Source: Dendrobates tinctorius (lineage: Eukaryota). From it: a stretch of DNA of 64,000 nt. Shown piece by piece: positions 39,945 to 52,213 of the stretch. The DNA lies in assembly GCF_039654945.1 (NCBI RefSeq), contig NW_027361819.1, forward strand, positions 1,364,001-1,428,000. Reading direction: 5' to 3'. A program made the position numbers and the translations under genes. A model generated the notes under the pieces. That model had not been told where the DNA came from, ran no database searches, and saw nothing but the letters and a program-made list of their open reading frames with translations. Numbering within the stretch: position 1 is the stretch's first letter; each line of letters starts with the position of its first letter.

Positions 39945-42874
39945 TTATTTTTTAGTTGCTGGAAACTGGGGGGTGTGGAGGGATGAGGAACGGCTTTGGG
40001 TGGAGTAAGGGGTTCTAGGGGAAGGAGGAACCAAAGAAGTGGGGGAAGGGAGCCGAGGCAAGGAAAGTTGTGAAGTGGGAGGTGATGGAGGAGGGAGGGT
40101 AAGAGTCCTCCTCTTAGTTTTTTTAGGACGGTGGCCCGTCGTCTTCCTGCTGTCCTCGCTTGAGCCTGAGGACTGGCTAGACCCCGGGGACCGCCTTGAG
40201 CCTCTGGACCGCCTTGAGCCTCTGGACCGCCTTGAGCCTCTGGAACGCCTGGAGGCTGTGGACTGGCTGGAGCTGGGGGACCGCCTGGCGCTTGTGGACC
40301 GCCTGCCAGGATCTTGTTCCAGCTGTGGCATGCTGGTGGTGGTGGATGTCCTGGCAGGGGCCGTAAATATTGAATGCGGGTCCCCCAGCTGATGCTGCTC
40401 CGAGGTGGTGGTGGTGGTGGTGGTGGTGGCGGGCCATGCAGGCGTGGTGGCTGTGGCGGTCCATACCGGGGTGGTCCTCCCGCTGGTGGTGGTGGTGGCG
40501 GCGCTACAGGCAGGGGTGGTGACGACGGGCCATCCAGTGGTGGTGGCGGCAGCAGTGGTGGGCCAGGCAGGAGCAGCGCTTGGCATTGTGTTGGCGGGTA
40601 AGTGTCCAGCTGCACTCGGACTTGGGGCAGTATATTGGTGTCCGGCGAGGCTTGGAAGTGTGGTGGCTGTGCAGTGATATGCAGCAGAAGTAGGTAATGC
40701 TGTAAAACGAGTCAGTGGTGGCACCGGTGGAAATGCCACCACTGACTGCTGCATAATCCTACTCTGCTGCATAGCCTGCATAAAAGCATTGTTGCAGGCC
40801 TGCATGACAGTCAACTGGAGGTCAGGGGTAAGGTGTTCCGCCGTGTCCCGAGCTATTTGGGTGTAAAAATGATGCGCTGGTCTGGCGAGGTCGACTTCCA
40901 GGCGCTCAAGGCGACCCTCGATAGACTTGTAGCGTTGGTCCAAAAGGAGGAAACCACTCTCAAGTCTATCGGAGAGTGCCTTGAGGCTACTCTGAAAGAC
41001 CGAGCTCAGTTCAACGAACTCGGGCATGAGAGGCCTGTCCAAGGTCCTCTGCCGCTGCTGGCGGGAAGTGCCCGCAAAACCAGTGGCAGAGACCTGGGAC
41101 AGGGGAACACCTGAGCGACCAGCTTCCTGGTCTCCAGATGACTGTGGTGCAGACCTGCAAGGTGCTTCCTCGCTGATGGATGGCTGGGAGGGGTCCGGGA
41201 CAGCTTGATGAAGGACCGCTTCGGGACCAGGTTGCAGGGTGCTGCTCCAGGTGCTGTGAAAAGAAAAGAAAGAAATTACTACCATAAATTAACAATCGCC
41301 AACTCCTGTGGAATAGAAAAGCACAGAATAAAACACAATACAACTAGAAAATACTTACGTTCGGGAGGCAAGGACCGGTCTTAAAAATGCCAAGGCACGA
41401 TGGTATCGGTACTTCGTGCCGGTCCTTGCCGCAGCACCACTGCGAACCTTATTCTCCTGACGGATATCCCTGTTGAAGCGGTCCTTCATCGAGCGCCAAC
41501 GGGTTCTGACTTTGTTCACTGTGATGGAAAAAAAAAAAAAAAAAAAGTAAGACTACGCACTGGAGGCTGTGATCATCCAACTGTGTGTGATGATAGAAAC
41601 TCCATGGAGTTAATAGCATCACACACAGTTGGGTGATCCCGGCCAAGATCACTGCTGCATCACACTGCATTTAAATACTTACGAAAATCCTTGCGGACCC
41701 GGGGAGAGGCGTTGTCCCAGCCATCCATCAGCGATGCGGCCACCTCGTTCCAGAGCCGCCGGATCACCACGTTGTCCGAGTGCAGTTGGTGACGGGTGTC
41801 CCACAACGGGACTCGCTCCTGGACTAGACGGATGAGCTCGTCGTTGTCCAGGGCGAGGTCCTCCTCCCGCTGTGGAGCCTAGAAAAGAAAGACAAACATT
41901 AATCTTTGAAAGATTTTAAAATAAAAAATATCTAAAACTAGCTGAAGAGCCCGGCGCTGCCCGGGCATAGTAACTACTGTGGTTAGTTATAGAAATTTAA
42001 AATTATCCTCCATCCCATAATCCCGTGCCCATATTCCATCATACATATCCTCCATCCCATAGTCCTGTGCCCATATACCCATCATACATATTCGCCATCC
42101 CATAGTCCCGTGCCCATATACCCATCATACATATTCGCCATCTCATATGCCTGTGCCCATATACCCATCATACATATTCGCCATCCCATAGTCCCGTGCC
42201 CATATACCCATCATACATATCCTCCATCCCATAGTCCTGTGCCCATATACCCATCATACATATCCTCCATCCCATAGTCCCGTGCCCATATACCCATCAT
42301 ACATATCCTCCATCCCATAGTCCTGTGCCCATATACCCATCATACATATTCGCCATCTCATATGCCTGTGCCCATATACCCATCATACATATTCGCCATC
42401 CCATAGTCCCGTGCCCATATACCATCATACATATCCTCTATCCCATGCCCATATACCCATCATATATATCCTCCATCCCATAGTCCCGTGCCCATATACC
42501 CAAACAAACAAACATGAAAATAAATGCAAAAAAAGAAACAAACATCGAAAAAAACAACCATGAAAATTTAAAAAAAAAACAAAAAAAACAAAAAAAAAAT
42601 AAATAAATAAATAAAGCAAACTAGAAAATAATTAAAAAAAAAAAAAAAAAAACAGTCCGTCTGTACTTACATCACGTCTACCCGCCCGCACTTGGCCTTG
42701 CTGCTCCTGCCGTTCCTCCGGTGGTGGTGGCGTGATGGAGGATGAGGTCTGAAAATTAAACAGAAAAAATTAATCACATGTGTTTATTTTTTCAAATCCA
42801 TACGGAAGCATAGTACTCACTTCTTCTGCCTCTTGCCCTGTCCCGGGGACATATTCTTCACCAGATGAAGACAT
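39945..42874 (-). CDS. Harbinger ORF2 MADF/Myb-SANT-like DNA-binding protein, 5 coding exons (42874-42821, 42748-42671, 41878-41683, 41518-41359, 41253-39945), ~598 aa
   Basis: All junctions are polyY-AG / GTRAGT with consistent phases 0,0,1,2; spliced product has LIRLVQERVPLWD..W.EVA..KVRTRWRSMKDRF..YRYHRALAFLRP. Confidence 0.88.
41938..42500 (-). mobile_element. Helitron-like 3' end plus ~40-bp minisatellite inside the MADF intron
   Basis: Minus strand ends GCCCGG-GCAGCG-CCGGGC hairpin, 7 nt, CTAG|T; tandem CCCATAGTCCCGTGCCCATATACCCATCATACATAT units at 42004-42500; 5' TC end not found. Confidence 0.6.
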
Positions 42875-43405
42875 GCTGCAATAAAAAAAAAAAGAGACAT
42901 AAGTACATAGAAATGTATTGAAATTTCAGCCAGACATTAGGTTTTTCATACTTACATTGGTGCAGCTTGTGCTGTGTGTCCACTAGTGAGCAATCCTTAA
43001 AGTATTGTGGAATCCCAGTGCCCACACCATTTTATCACCTTGGTTTTTTTTTTTTTTTTTACTGTCTAGACCAAATTTCAGTCATGTTTATTTAAAAAAC
43101 GCATGCGCATAAAAACGCAAGCGTGCGCAAGACCATGCGCAAGTATTGCGCTCCCATAGGCTCCAATGTGGTGTTTTTGCGCATTCCGTGCGCATGCGTT
43201 GTTTTAACGAGACAGGGCGGAACCAAAAATGCAACATGTTGCGTCTGACGCGCCTGGCGCGAAAGACAAAAAAACGCATGCGCACGAAAGCGCAAATATG
43301 CGCAAAACCATGCGCACATCATGTAAAATATAGGTGCGCAGTGCGCATGCGCACTGGTGCGCCCGATGCGCTGCGCACAAAAGCGCTAATGTGAAACCAG
43401 CCTTA

Positions 43406-44260
43406 GTCCTACACAAGGATGAATGGTTAAAACACAATTCAAAGACCCCCCCTTGCTATGTTACAGACAACCTCCCAATCTAAGAAACATCATTATCTGA
43501 AGGTCAATGCCCTCTGATTCACCAAGAGGAACATATCCTTGCAATGGGAGAAGATGCAAAACCTGCATTCATATAGAGACCAAAGACAAAATCCAAATTC
43601 CCAACACACAGCAGGACTATAAGATCCCAGGGACATTCACATGTTCCTCTTCCAATGTGGTGTATTTAATTCTATGCAATATATGTCCTGTGGGTGGCCT
43701 CTATGTTGGAGAAACAGGACAGAGACTGAGAGCAAGGATGAGGTCTCATCGTCATACAATTACAGACAAAAAACCATTTACCTGTGGCCAAACATTTCTG
43801 TCATCCAGGTCACAACATAGACAATATGAAAGTTGTCATTTTAAAAGGCAATTTCAAATCACAGACACATTGGAGAGTGTGGGAACACAAATTCATTACA
43901 ATCTTTCATTCTATTCACACAGGACTCAATTTGTCAGAAGGTTTTATGACCCATTACCATATCTGAGCTATGTCCTCCAAGTAGCCCTTTGATCTCACAG
44001 AACTTATCACACTACCTATCTAATCTTACCTAATTAAGGATTCTCTCTCCAAGCTCATTGTTTGCTTATTGAAATGTTGTGCTTTAAACTGTATATAAAT
44101 AAGGTTTCTTCAAATATCTTGTCATATCAGCCTGATGAAGGGACGTAAGCAGTCCCGAAAGCTTGCTTTGTAACAACATTCACTATTATTTGTTAGCCAC
44201 TAAAAGGTATCATACGCACAAGATTCCTATTTTGTATCTCTCACTGAGAGCACTTATATA

Positions 44261-44292
<32 letters not shown>

Positions 44293-44337
44293 CTACTGGC
44301 TAACACAGTACCAAACCCTTTTTTCGTTTTGCTTTAG
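43406..44337 (+). mobile_element. 3' fragment of Penelope-like element (GIY-YIG endonuclease, frameshifted) plus pLTR
   Basis: RQPPNLR, CNGRRCKTC, NVVYLILC..LYVGETGQRLRARMRSH, then VAKHF..EHKFI..GLN in another frame. Confidence 0.88.
44129..44167 (+). ncRNA. Minimal type-I hammerhead ribozyme-like motif in PLE pLTR
   Basis: AGC-CTGATGA-A-GGGAC-GTAAGCA-GTCCC-GAAA-GCTT-GCT: core boxes, 5-bp stem II, palindromic AGCT stem III, 3-bp stem I. Confidence 0.75.
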
Positions 44338-45090
44338 TCCTCGCACATTTCTTTTTTTTTTTTCAGGTTTATGAACCAATCCAGTAAAATCCACGTTCAG
44401 AAAGCGGAATGGTCCCATCTGATTCCCACAGCGTGCGCAAACCACAACTATCAATATGTACAGCATTACTGCAAAGGGGAGAACCCACCTAAAAGGCTTC
44501 TCCAGGTCTAATCATTGATCAGCTATTCACTGCATACTTCATCGATATGAGATCGATGGTTGGTGTGCTGGGTGTCAGACCCACAGTCAGCTGAACACTG
44601 CTGCACCAAAACAACGTCCGGGCAGAACACAGCAGCACCGTCCATTGCTTAGTGCGCACAGGGGAATATTGCGCTTTGTCCATTGAAGTGAATGTACTGC
44701 GGGACTCGGCGTCGGCCGCTAAACATTACAGAGGACGGCTGTCTGTAGCCCGTACATCACTTAGTTTGGGGCACAGTCATAGCAGTTCTCAGCTCATCGT
44801 GGGACTGTCGGACCGCCATCAATCATATTTTGAGATGAGTCATTGAGCTTTATGTTCCAGACAACTCAACAATCTAAGAGGTGTGGGTCTCCAGAAGCAC
44901 AAGCTGGGCACAGTGTATACAGCACAAAAATGGCATATTTGCAAATTTTCACTCTGCAACATCCACTGTGTACTGATTTCTGGAAACCGCCAGTGGGGTC
45001 AAAATAGTCACTACACCCCTAGATGATTTCCCTGAGTGTAATTTGCTCATTCAGGCCACTTTTGGGAGGTTTTGTAGTATTGGTAGCTTA

Positions 45091-45473
45091 GGCCACTTTC
45101 ACACTTCAGGCTTTCGGTATCAGGCATGGTGCGGCGAAAAACCGGACTGCCGGATCCGGCGCCTGTTACGACCAGATCCGGCTTTTTCCCAGTGCTGTTT
45201 CGTTGGTGCCGCATGGCAATGCGGCGCGTCCATTTTTTTCTGGATCCGGAGAAAATAGCCGGTCCGGCGTCTGGAAAAAACGTTGCATGCAACGTTTTTT
45301 CCCAACGCCGGACCGGTTTTTCGCACTGCGCATACCCGGAAACCTTCTCTGCCAGGAATATATTATATCCGGCAGAAAGAAGGATCCAGTGTCTGCGTTT
45401 GTGGCCGGATCCGGTAGTCTGGTGGTTCGCCGCACCATGCCGGATACTGAAAGCTTGAAGTGTGAAAGCAGCC
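45091..45473. mobile_element. Harbinger-type MITE with long TIRs
   Basis: TTA TSD on both sides; GGCCACTTTCACACTTCAGGCTTTC.. / ..GAAAGCTTGAAGTGTGAAAGCAGCC. Confidence 0.85.
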
Positions 45474-46539
45474 TTAGGAGGCTCTGCAAATGGTGCCCAG
45501 ATCTTACACCAGTGTTGGAAGTCAACATGGACATTGCATGTATTATCAGAGCATTGAACTAACACCTAATGTCTACATCACATGAGCTGTGAAGGGGATT
45601 GTGAAAGCTGTGAGGCAGGAAGGCCATTGTGTGCTGTGGTATATGGTCCTCTGTCCTGGTAATGGAATAGAGACAGCACCTACATGTGAGATGGACATCT
45701 TGTCTGTCCTCTTGAAAATCACATAACCCCTGTGGTGTTTGGATCACAAACCATTGTTCTTGATGGACATCATGACTTCAGCTTAAATGGAATTTGAACC
45801 TGTCCTCAGGCCTTTTTTACACAATGACCTTCTGGTTATATACAAGGACGCCATCTGCAGGAAGTTGAAGACCACTGCAATCACCTTTGACCCTTTAGCC
45901 ATTCTGGACCTAAGAGTGTCACCTTCCGGAGAGAGTGGACATCAGCAGCCATCTGCATGTTTCTGGAGAACTCAAAAGACTGACCTGATGGTACCTTTAT
46001 GTGGAGATGTTATGCTATGTGCCCACTTTGTAAAAATGCTGCGGAATTGTCCGCAGCATATCCGCAACTCCCTGCTGTGGGTAAAACGCATGCAGAATTC
46101 GCATGCGTTATGCATGCATTTTTAGCTTGCATAATGCAAGCGCTTTTCCAAGCGATTTGAAGGACTGCTTGGAAAAGTGATTGACCTGATTGACCGGTTG
46201 GTCACACACAAGCATCGTGCTTGACAAGTGTGACTAACCTTTTACTATTGATGCTGCCTATGCTGCATCAATAGTAAAAGAGAGATTGTTAAAAATAATT
46301 TAAAAAAAATAAAAACTATGGTTATTCTCACCTTCTGACAGCCCCCGATGTCCTTAGCGGCACTCCCAGTACGTTCCGTTCCCAGGCGTGCTTTGCGCGA
46401 ATGACCTTTGTAACATCACGGTCACGCAACCGCGACGTCATCTCAGGTGATTCGCGCAATGCATCCCTGGGAACAGAACGCACTGGGAGTGCCGCTAAGG
46501 ACATCGGGGGCCGTCAGAAGATGAGAATAACCATATATT

Positions 46540-46751
46540 GGCTGCACGACCAGCTCTACCCTCGCCTACTGTATTCTCACCCATGCCTTGTAGACTGTGA
46601 GCCCTCGCGGGCAGGGTCCTCTCTCCTCCTGGACCAGTCGTGACTTGTATTGTGTAAGATTACTGTACTTGTATGTATTATGCACACCCCTCCTCACATG
46701 GAAAGCGCCATGGAATAAATGGCGCGATATCAATAAATAATAATAATAATA
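46540..46751 (+). mobile_element. L2-like LINE 3' end nested in a larger MITE-like element (~46013-47125)
   Basis: TTGTAGACTGTGAGCCCTCGCGGGCAGGG..AAAGCGCCATGGAATAAATGGCGC..(TAA)n tail. Confidence 0.7.
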
Positions 46752-47181
46752 TATTTTTTTAATTCTATTTTTACAGGAATATGGTACCCAGGGCATGGAG
46801 GACAGTCTCCTCTACTCCAGACCCTGGGTACCATCCGCACATGAAGTGCTCACTTTACGCATGGTGGGCATAGCCACATGTGTAAAGTGAGCATTTCAAT
46901 TCAATCCTATGGTGGCAGATTCGCCATGATTCTGCAGAATTAATGAACATGCTGGGAATTTTACCGCTATGCGATTCCGCAGCTGTAAAATCCGCAGCAT
47001 TAGCACAGCAACTGCGAAATCCCATAGGATTGCATGGGGATGCGTTTTGTTAGCATTTTTTAAGCATTTACGCAGCGGCAAAAACAAGGCGGAAATGCAT
47101 AAAAAAAGCAAGGTGGGCACACAGCCTTAAGGGGATGGGCAATGTATGGGCTATGTCTGACCATGTGGATGATATAGGTAG

Positions 47182-48497
47182 TGGGTCGCCCCCGTTCCCA
47201 GGGCTGTGGGGTACTCGGTACCGGGCCGGTGTCAGGGGGATGTGCTGCGGTGGCGGTGACCCGGTCCGTGGCCCTTGGCACCCAATGCAATGGTGGTTTT
47301 AGGTTATAGTTTATATGGATAGTTCGTGACGCCACCTGTGGTGTTTGGCAAGTGTGATGTTAAGCCAACGCTGCGGCAGATCCACTGGAACTGATGGTGT
47401 GTGCAGCCTAGATGGTAAAGCTCCCCACAGGCGGAGCTGTAGTCCCAGGGCAGTGTAGAGGCGGTTATGGAGGAGAGGCGCAGGTGGTGTAGATACAGGT
47501 GCTCAGGTGTAGCGGTGCTGGAATAACTAGAGGGCACCAGAGTATGCGGTTCCAAAGCTTTACTCACTGTTGCAGTTCACACAAATGCCTGCCTCCGCAC
47601 TGTGTTCTCCAGGTCAGGGCTCCCTTCCACACTCCGCCAACATGTATCTTTCTGAATGACTCCTCCAATGCGCCTTTAGGTGCGAAGCACTCCAGTACTT
47701 AGTTACCCTGGAATGCCTCTCTCTAGGTGTTCCTAGTCTCTACTTGTATGACAGACAGCTGTAGCCTCTTTCAGGGACTCCTCACTCCGGAGTCCTGGCT
47801 CACTATCCAAGTGCTGTTGTGTCCCATGTCTATGATGGGAGTAAGGCGTTAGCGGCTCACTACTCCACCGGTGTCTGTTGCTGGATATTAAGGATCCGAT
47901 CATCCTCGGGGAACGGGCCCCGGCCTTGCGCTTTGGACTGGAAGGGTTATCTATTTCTCTAACCCACTTCCCACCGTCCTTGTTTTCGCCTTCGTTCCAA
48001 TCTATTCTGTCTTTCTTAAGGAAAATGCAGTTTCAGGTCTACGTCTCTTCTCCTTCCTTTCCTTTCCGTGCCAGCTGGTCCAGATCACTGAGGCAGCTGC
48101 AGCACTCCTTCTTCCATCCCTTCTCTCAAGGATCCTCACTCCTCACCGAGTGACTTTCCTTCCTACTCCGCCTGCCCTCTTCTGCAGACTGACCTTCGAT
48201 TGATCCCAGACTAATCTGAGACTATTCTGCTCTCAATCCTACACTCTCCCCTTCTTTATACTAACTCCACCCGCCTCCCAGCACATCTCGTGTTACAAAG
48301 CAGGGTTCCACGAAAGGTGCTCCTTCTACACCCTGAGCCTAAAGCTGCAATGTGGCCCTGCTGAACTATCCTGTGTGTGGGATGCAAGTGTTGGAGTGTG
48401 GTCAGGGTTTCCCACCTTACCTGGATGGTGGGGTACCACACCTGGAGAGGAGCAGGTGCAATACCTCTGTGGTGACTGAAGCCTCAGGGGCGCCACA
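47182..48497. mobile_element. Solo LTR (Gypsy/ERV-type)
   Basis: TG..CA termini, imperfect terminal IR TGGGTCGCCCC / GGGGCGCCACA, 4-bp TSD GTAG (47178-47181, 48498-48501), no internal domain. Confidence 0.75.
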
Positions 48498-51400
48498 GTA
48501 GCACACCAAGCTATTTAGGCATCTTCCTCCTTTCTATCTTGCTCCATCCTCTCCTATTACCTTTTCTCTTGCATTGTACTCTCATCTCTTATTATTACTA
48601 GAAATAGGCCTGATGCTATCACATCGGGATTGCGGTGAGATTATCATCTCTGTAGGCATAGTGGTAATGACAGGAGCAGCGGGCAAAGCAGTGCCTCAGT
48701 GGTATGAACTACATACATACGAGTAGAATACGGTATTTTTGTGTCTCAGTTAGTAGACAAAATTGATACACAGTACGGGACTGTGGAGAAATTTGTGCTG
48801 TGTGAGCTAATCAAGAATCGTAAGTAAGCATGCGCGGGTACACCGCACAGTTATGGCTGCACAAGTAAAACGTAGACGTCGCAGATATTCCCCATGGAGG
48901 CGCAGTAACAGCTGCGTTTGTTAACGCGCATGCGCGGGAATAGCAGTGACGTGAATGTCACTTGCCCAGGCACAGTTCGTGAGTGATAGTTTCCACAATG
49001 CCATTTGTTATTTTTTCTGTTTTGGCACATTGGTGGCACTGAAATCTCAACATGGCATCCACAATCTGTTCCAGCCAAACATGAGCTCTGAAAGTCACAG
49101 ATCGACTTCAGGAGAAATTGCTGCCCAATATTTCATCACTTTCTCTCTCATTACAGGGGGAGACTGAGGATAAAGAGACGTTTCAGTCTCCTAAGTGTGG
49201 GCAACACTCCGGGCAATGACAATCGAGTTCTGCTTTAACTTAAAGTTGTCCACTACTTGGAGAACTCCCTGTCGTCCCCCATGGTTGGCCCTGATAAAAT
49301 AAAGCTTACACACCCTTCACATGCTGGCGCTGTTCCCACGGTGTCGGCACTCGCTTTTCCTGAAGCACCCATGCGGTTTTTGTGACACGTGACCCAGGCA
49401 CCTAATCAGCGCTGCCATCACTGTCCCCGTCTCCTGTCGAATTGAACATGAAGAGGAACTCAGAGATCAACTGCAGCCCGGACTTTCTCTTCATGTTCGA
49501 TTTGTCCAAAGGTGGGGACGCTGACGCCAGCTCCGATTGGGCGCCGAGCTAACTTGTCACAACAACCACACGAGAGTCCCAGGACCGTGAGTGCCGACAC
49601 CGCTCGAACTGCTCCGGCATGGGAGGTGAGTATAGGCTTTTTTATTTTATTGGGGCCAAAATATTTAGTTCAGGAAAGGGTTGTCCTTGTAGTGTCCCCT
49701 TAAAGCTGAGCTCCCAGTGGCAATCATGTGGGCACAGCTCCTGTGCCCCCGCACAATTGCCATGACGTATCCATACGTCTAAAGTGGGGAACCCCTATCT
49801 GACTCTAACGTATGGGTACATCAAAGGGCGTGAAGAGGATAACTGTCCAAACTCCTGTGCATCTAAAGACGCTGCTGAACTGTGCAATTTTGGTGCGGTT
49901 TTTTTATGACGAGCCTGAAAAAAAAACATGGAACATACAGGGAAAAACTATAATTGAAAGATTTACACCTGTTCTGTGTTTTGGAGATGCTCCTGGTTTT
50001 GGCACAGAAATACTGATAAAATGCTGATCAAAAATACTAATGTGTGACTGAGGCCTTATATGATCAGGTGGAGTCACTACAACTCCTAATCCTACACCAG
50101 ATCCTCATGGCTGATCAGTAAGGGGATGTGCAGACGATCAGTAACCGGCAGCGCTTTGGGCGCAGCTCAAGTCCGCTGACGGCTATAGAACGCACGTGAA
50201 TCCCCATGTGATCACTGAACCGTGCGGAATCACTGCATCCAATACATTGTACGGATGAAATTTATCTTGCGGAGGCTCGCGTCTCCGCAAGATAAATAGA
50301 TATGCTGCAGTCTGGAAAGACACACCGCATGTCCGTCTCCGCAGGGATGCCACAGGTGTCGGTGCACGCTTAAGCCCCCTTCTCACATAGCGAGATCGCT
50401 GAAGCATCATCGATATTGTGACACAACAGTGATCTCGGTACATGTGACACATAGCGGCAACCGCCCCCCGCTGGATATCGCTGATCTTGCAGGAATGTCC
50501 TGGGCCATTTTTTCGTTGTCGGCGCCCTGCTGGCCAGCATGCATTGCTGTGTTTGACCTGACGAGCGACCTCGTTAGTGATGCAGAACTCAGGGACGCAG
50601 GCTGGAATCATTCAGAATCGCTGCTGTGTGACAAGGTCCCAACCACCGCCGAGGATCGCTGGATGGTTGCTGCGTCGCTGAAGAGATCTGCCTGTTTGGC
50701 AGCTTACTAGCGATCATTTAGTGACACACTAGCGATCCCTTCCAGGTCGCATCGTTGTCGGGATCGCTGGTGCATCGCTAAGTGAAACGGGACCCTTAGG
50801 GTATGTGCACACGTTGCAGCGGATTTGGCCCTTCGGATCCGCAGCAGTTTTCCAAGGGATGTACAGCACCATGTTATCCTATGGAAAACAAAAACCGCCG
50901 TGCACATGCTGCAGAAAAATCCGTGCGGAAGCACAGTGTTTTATTTTCCGCAGCATGTCAATTCTTTGTGCGGATTCCGCAGCGTTTTTACACCTATTCC
51001 ACTATAGGAAGCCGCAGGTGTAAAAACACAGGTGAAATCCGCACTAAATCTGATAAAAATCTGCAGGTATCACGCAGGCATTTTGACCTGCGGATTCTGC
51101 AGATTCCGTGTGGAAATATTCGCAGACGAATCTGCAATGTGTGCACATTCCCTTAGTGGACATTGGATTTCTTGAAATGTCATCTATAATGCTTTAACAT
51201 CTGGATGCTGCGCAAGTACACAGTGTCCAACCCGCGGAGTTTATTGACCCTGTGCACCTACTCCAAGGGTACGTGCACACGTTGCGGATTCTGCAGCAGA
51301 TTCTCCTGCGTTGCACAATACCATTCTATGCTATGTAAAATAAAAAACGCTGTGCACATGCTGCGGAATAATCTGCAGAAACGCTGTGGGTTCATTTCCG

Positions 51401-51943
51401 CAGCATGTCAATTCTTTGTGCGGATTCCGCAGTGTTTTACACCTGCTCCATTATAGGAATCCGCAAGTGTCAAAACGCAGGTGAAATCCGCACAAAAACT
51501 GCAGAAAATCCACAGTAAATCTGTACTAAATCCGCAGGTGAAAGCAGGTCATTTTACCAGCGGATTTAGTAAAATCTGCGCGGAAAAATCTGCAGGGTAA
51601 TCCGCAACATGTGCACCTACCCTAAAGGTGTGTTTCCATATTCAGGATACGCAGTGGAAAGCCCTTTGTGCCCAAAGCGCTGCCCCCTTTTTTATGGGCG
51701 GTGATAACTCATGTGCTCATTGAACACATGCGGAATCACTGCATCCTATCCATAAACTGGGCTATTGCGGAGATGGAGCGTCTCCGCAAGATAAATAGAT
51801 ATGCTGCGGTCTATAAAGACATGCCGCTTGTCTGGTTTCATGAGTGTGTCACCCGCGACTTTGTAAGCATAGTGGAGACAGGATTTCATAAAATCCCCAC
51901 CACTATGCTTTTTAATGGCTAACTGAAAAGATGGTAACACATT

Positions 51944-51981
51944 GCAAGCTTTCGAGACTACTCAGGTCTCTTCATCAGGCT
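51944..51981 (-). ncRNA. Minimal type-I hammerhead ribozyme-like motif in PLE pLTR
   Basis: Minus strand AGC-CTGATGA-A-GAGAC-CTGAGTA-GTCTC-GAAA-GCTT-GC. Confidence 0.75.
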
Positions 51982-52213
51982 AGACTAATACAAAATCTGA
52001 AGAGTCACATTTATGCACAATACAGCACAGAAAAAATGCAATAGATAAGACAAGTCACGTGAAGCAGAACTATCATTATGGGAGAGGGAGAAACATAAAT
52101 ATAAACATTGGACCAGTTCATAGATAAGGAGTCCGGATGTTTTATGGTCCTCTGATTGGGGTCTCCTAATTAATGTGTTGTGATGCCCCCACACGGTCTT
52201 AGGAGCAAATTCC

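Larger units (their letters stand above)
35998..43402. mobile_element. Autonomous-type two-gene PIF/Harbinger transposon (spans an assembly gap)
   Basis: 39-bp TIRs 35998-36036 / 43364-43402 (36/39 match); convergent transposase and MADF genes; flanks TAA and TTA. Confidence 0.88.

Noticed and set aside
39929-40615. Proline-rich 228-aa ORF
   Set aside because: Alternative frame of the MADF gene's low-complexity last exon
45787-46125. 112-aa ORF with faint similarity to an RTE LINE C-terminus (YKD..RKLK)
   Set aside because: Too short and degenerate to support without a search
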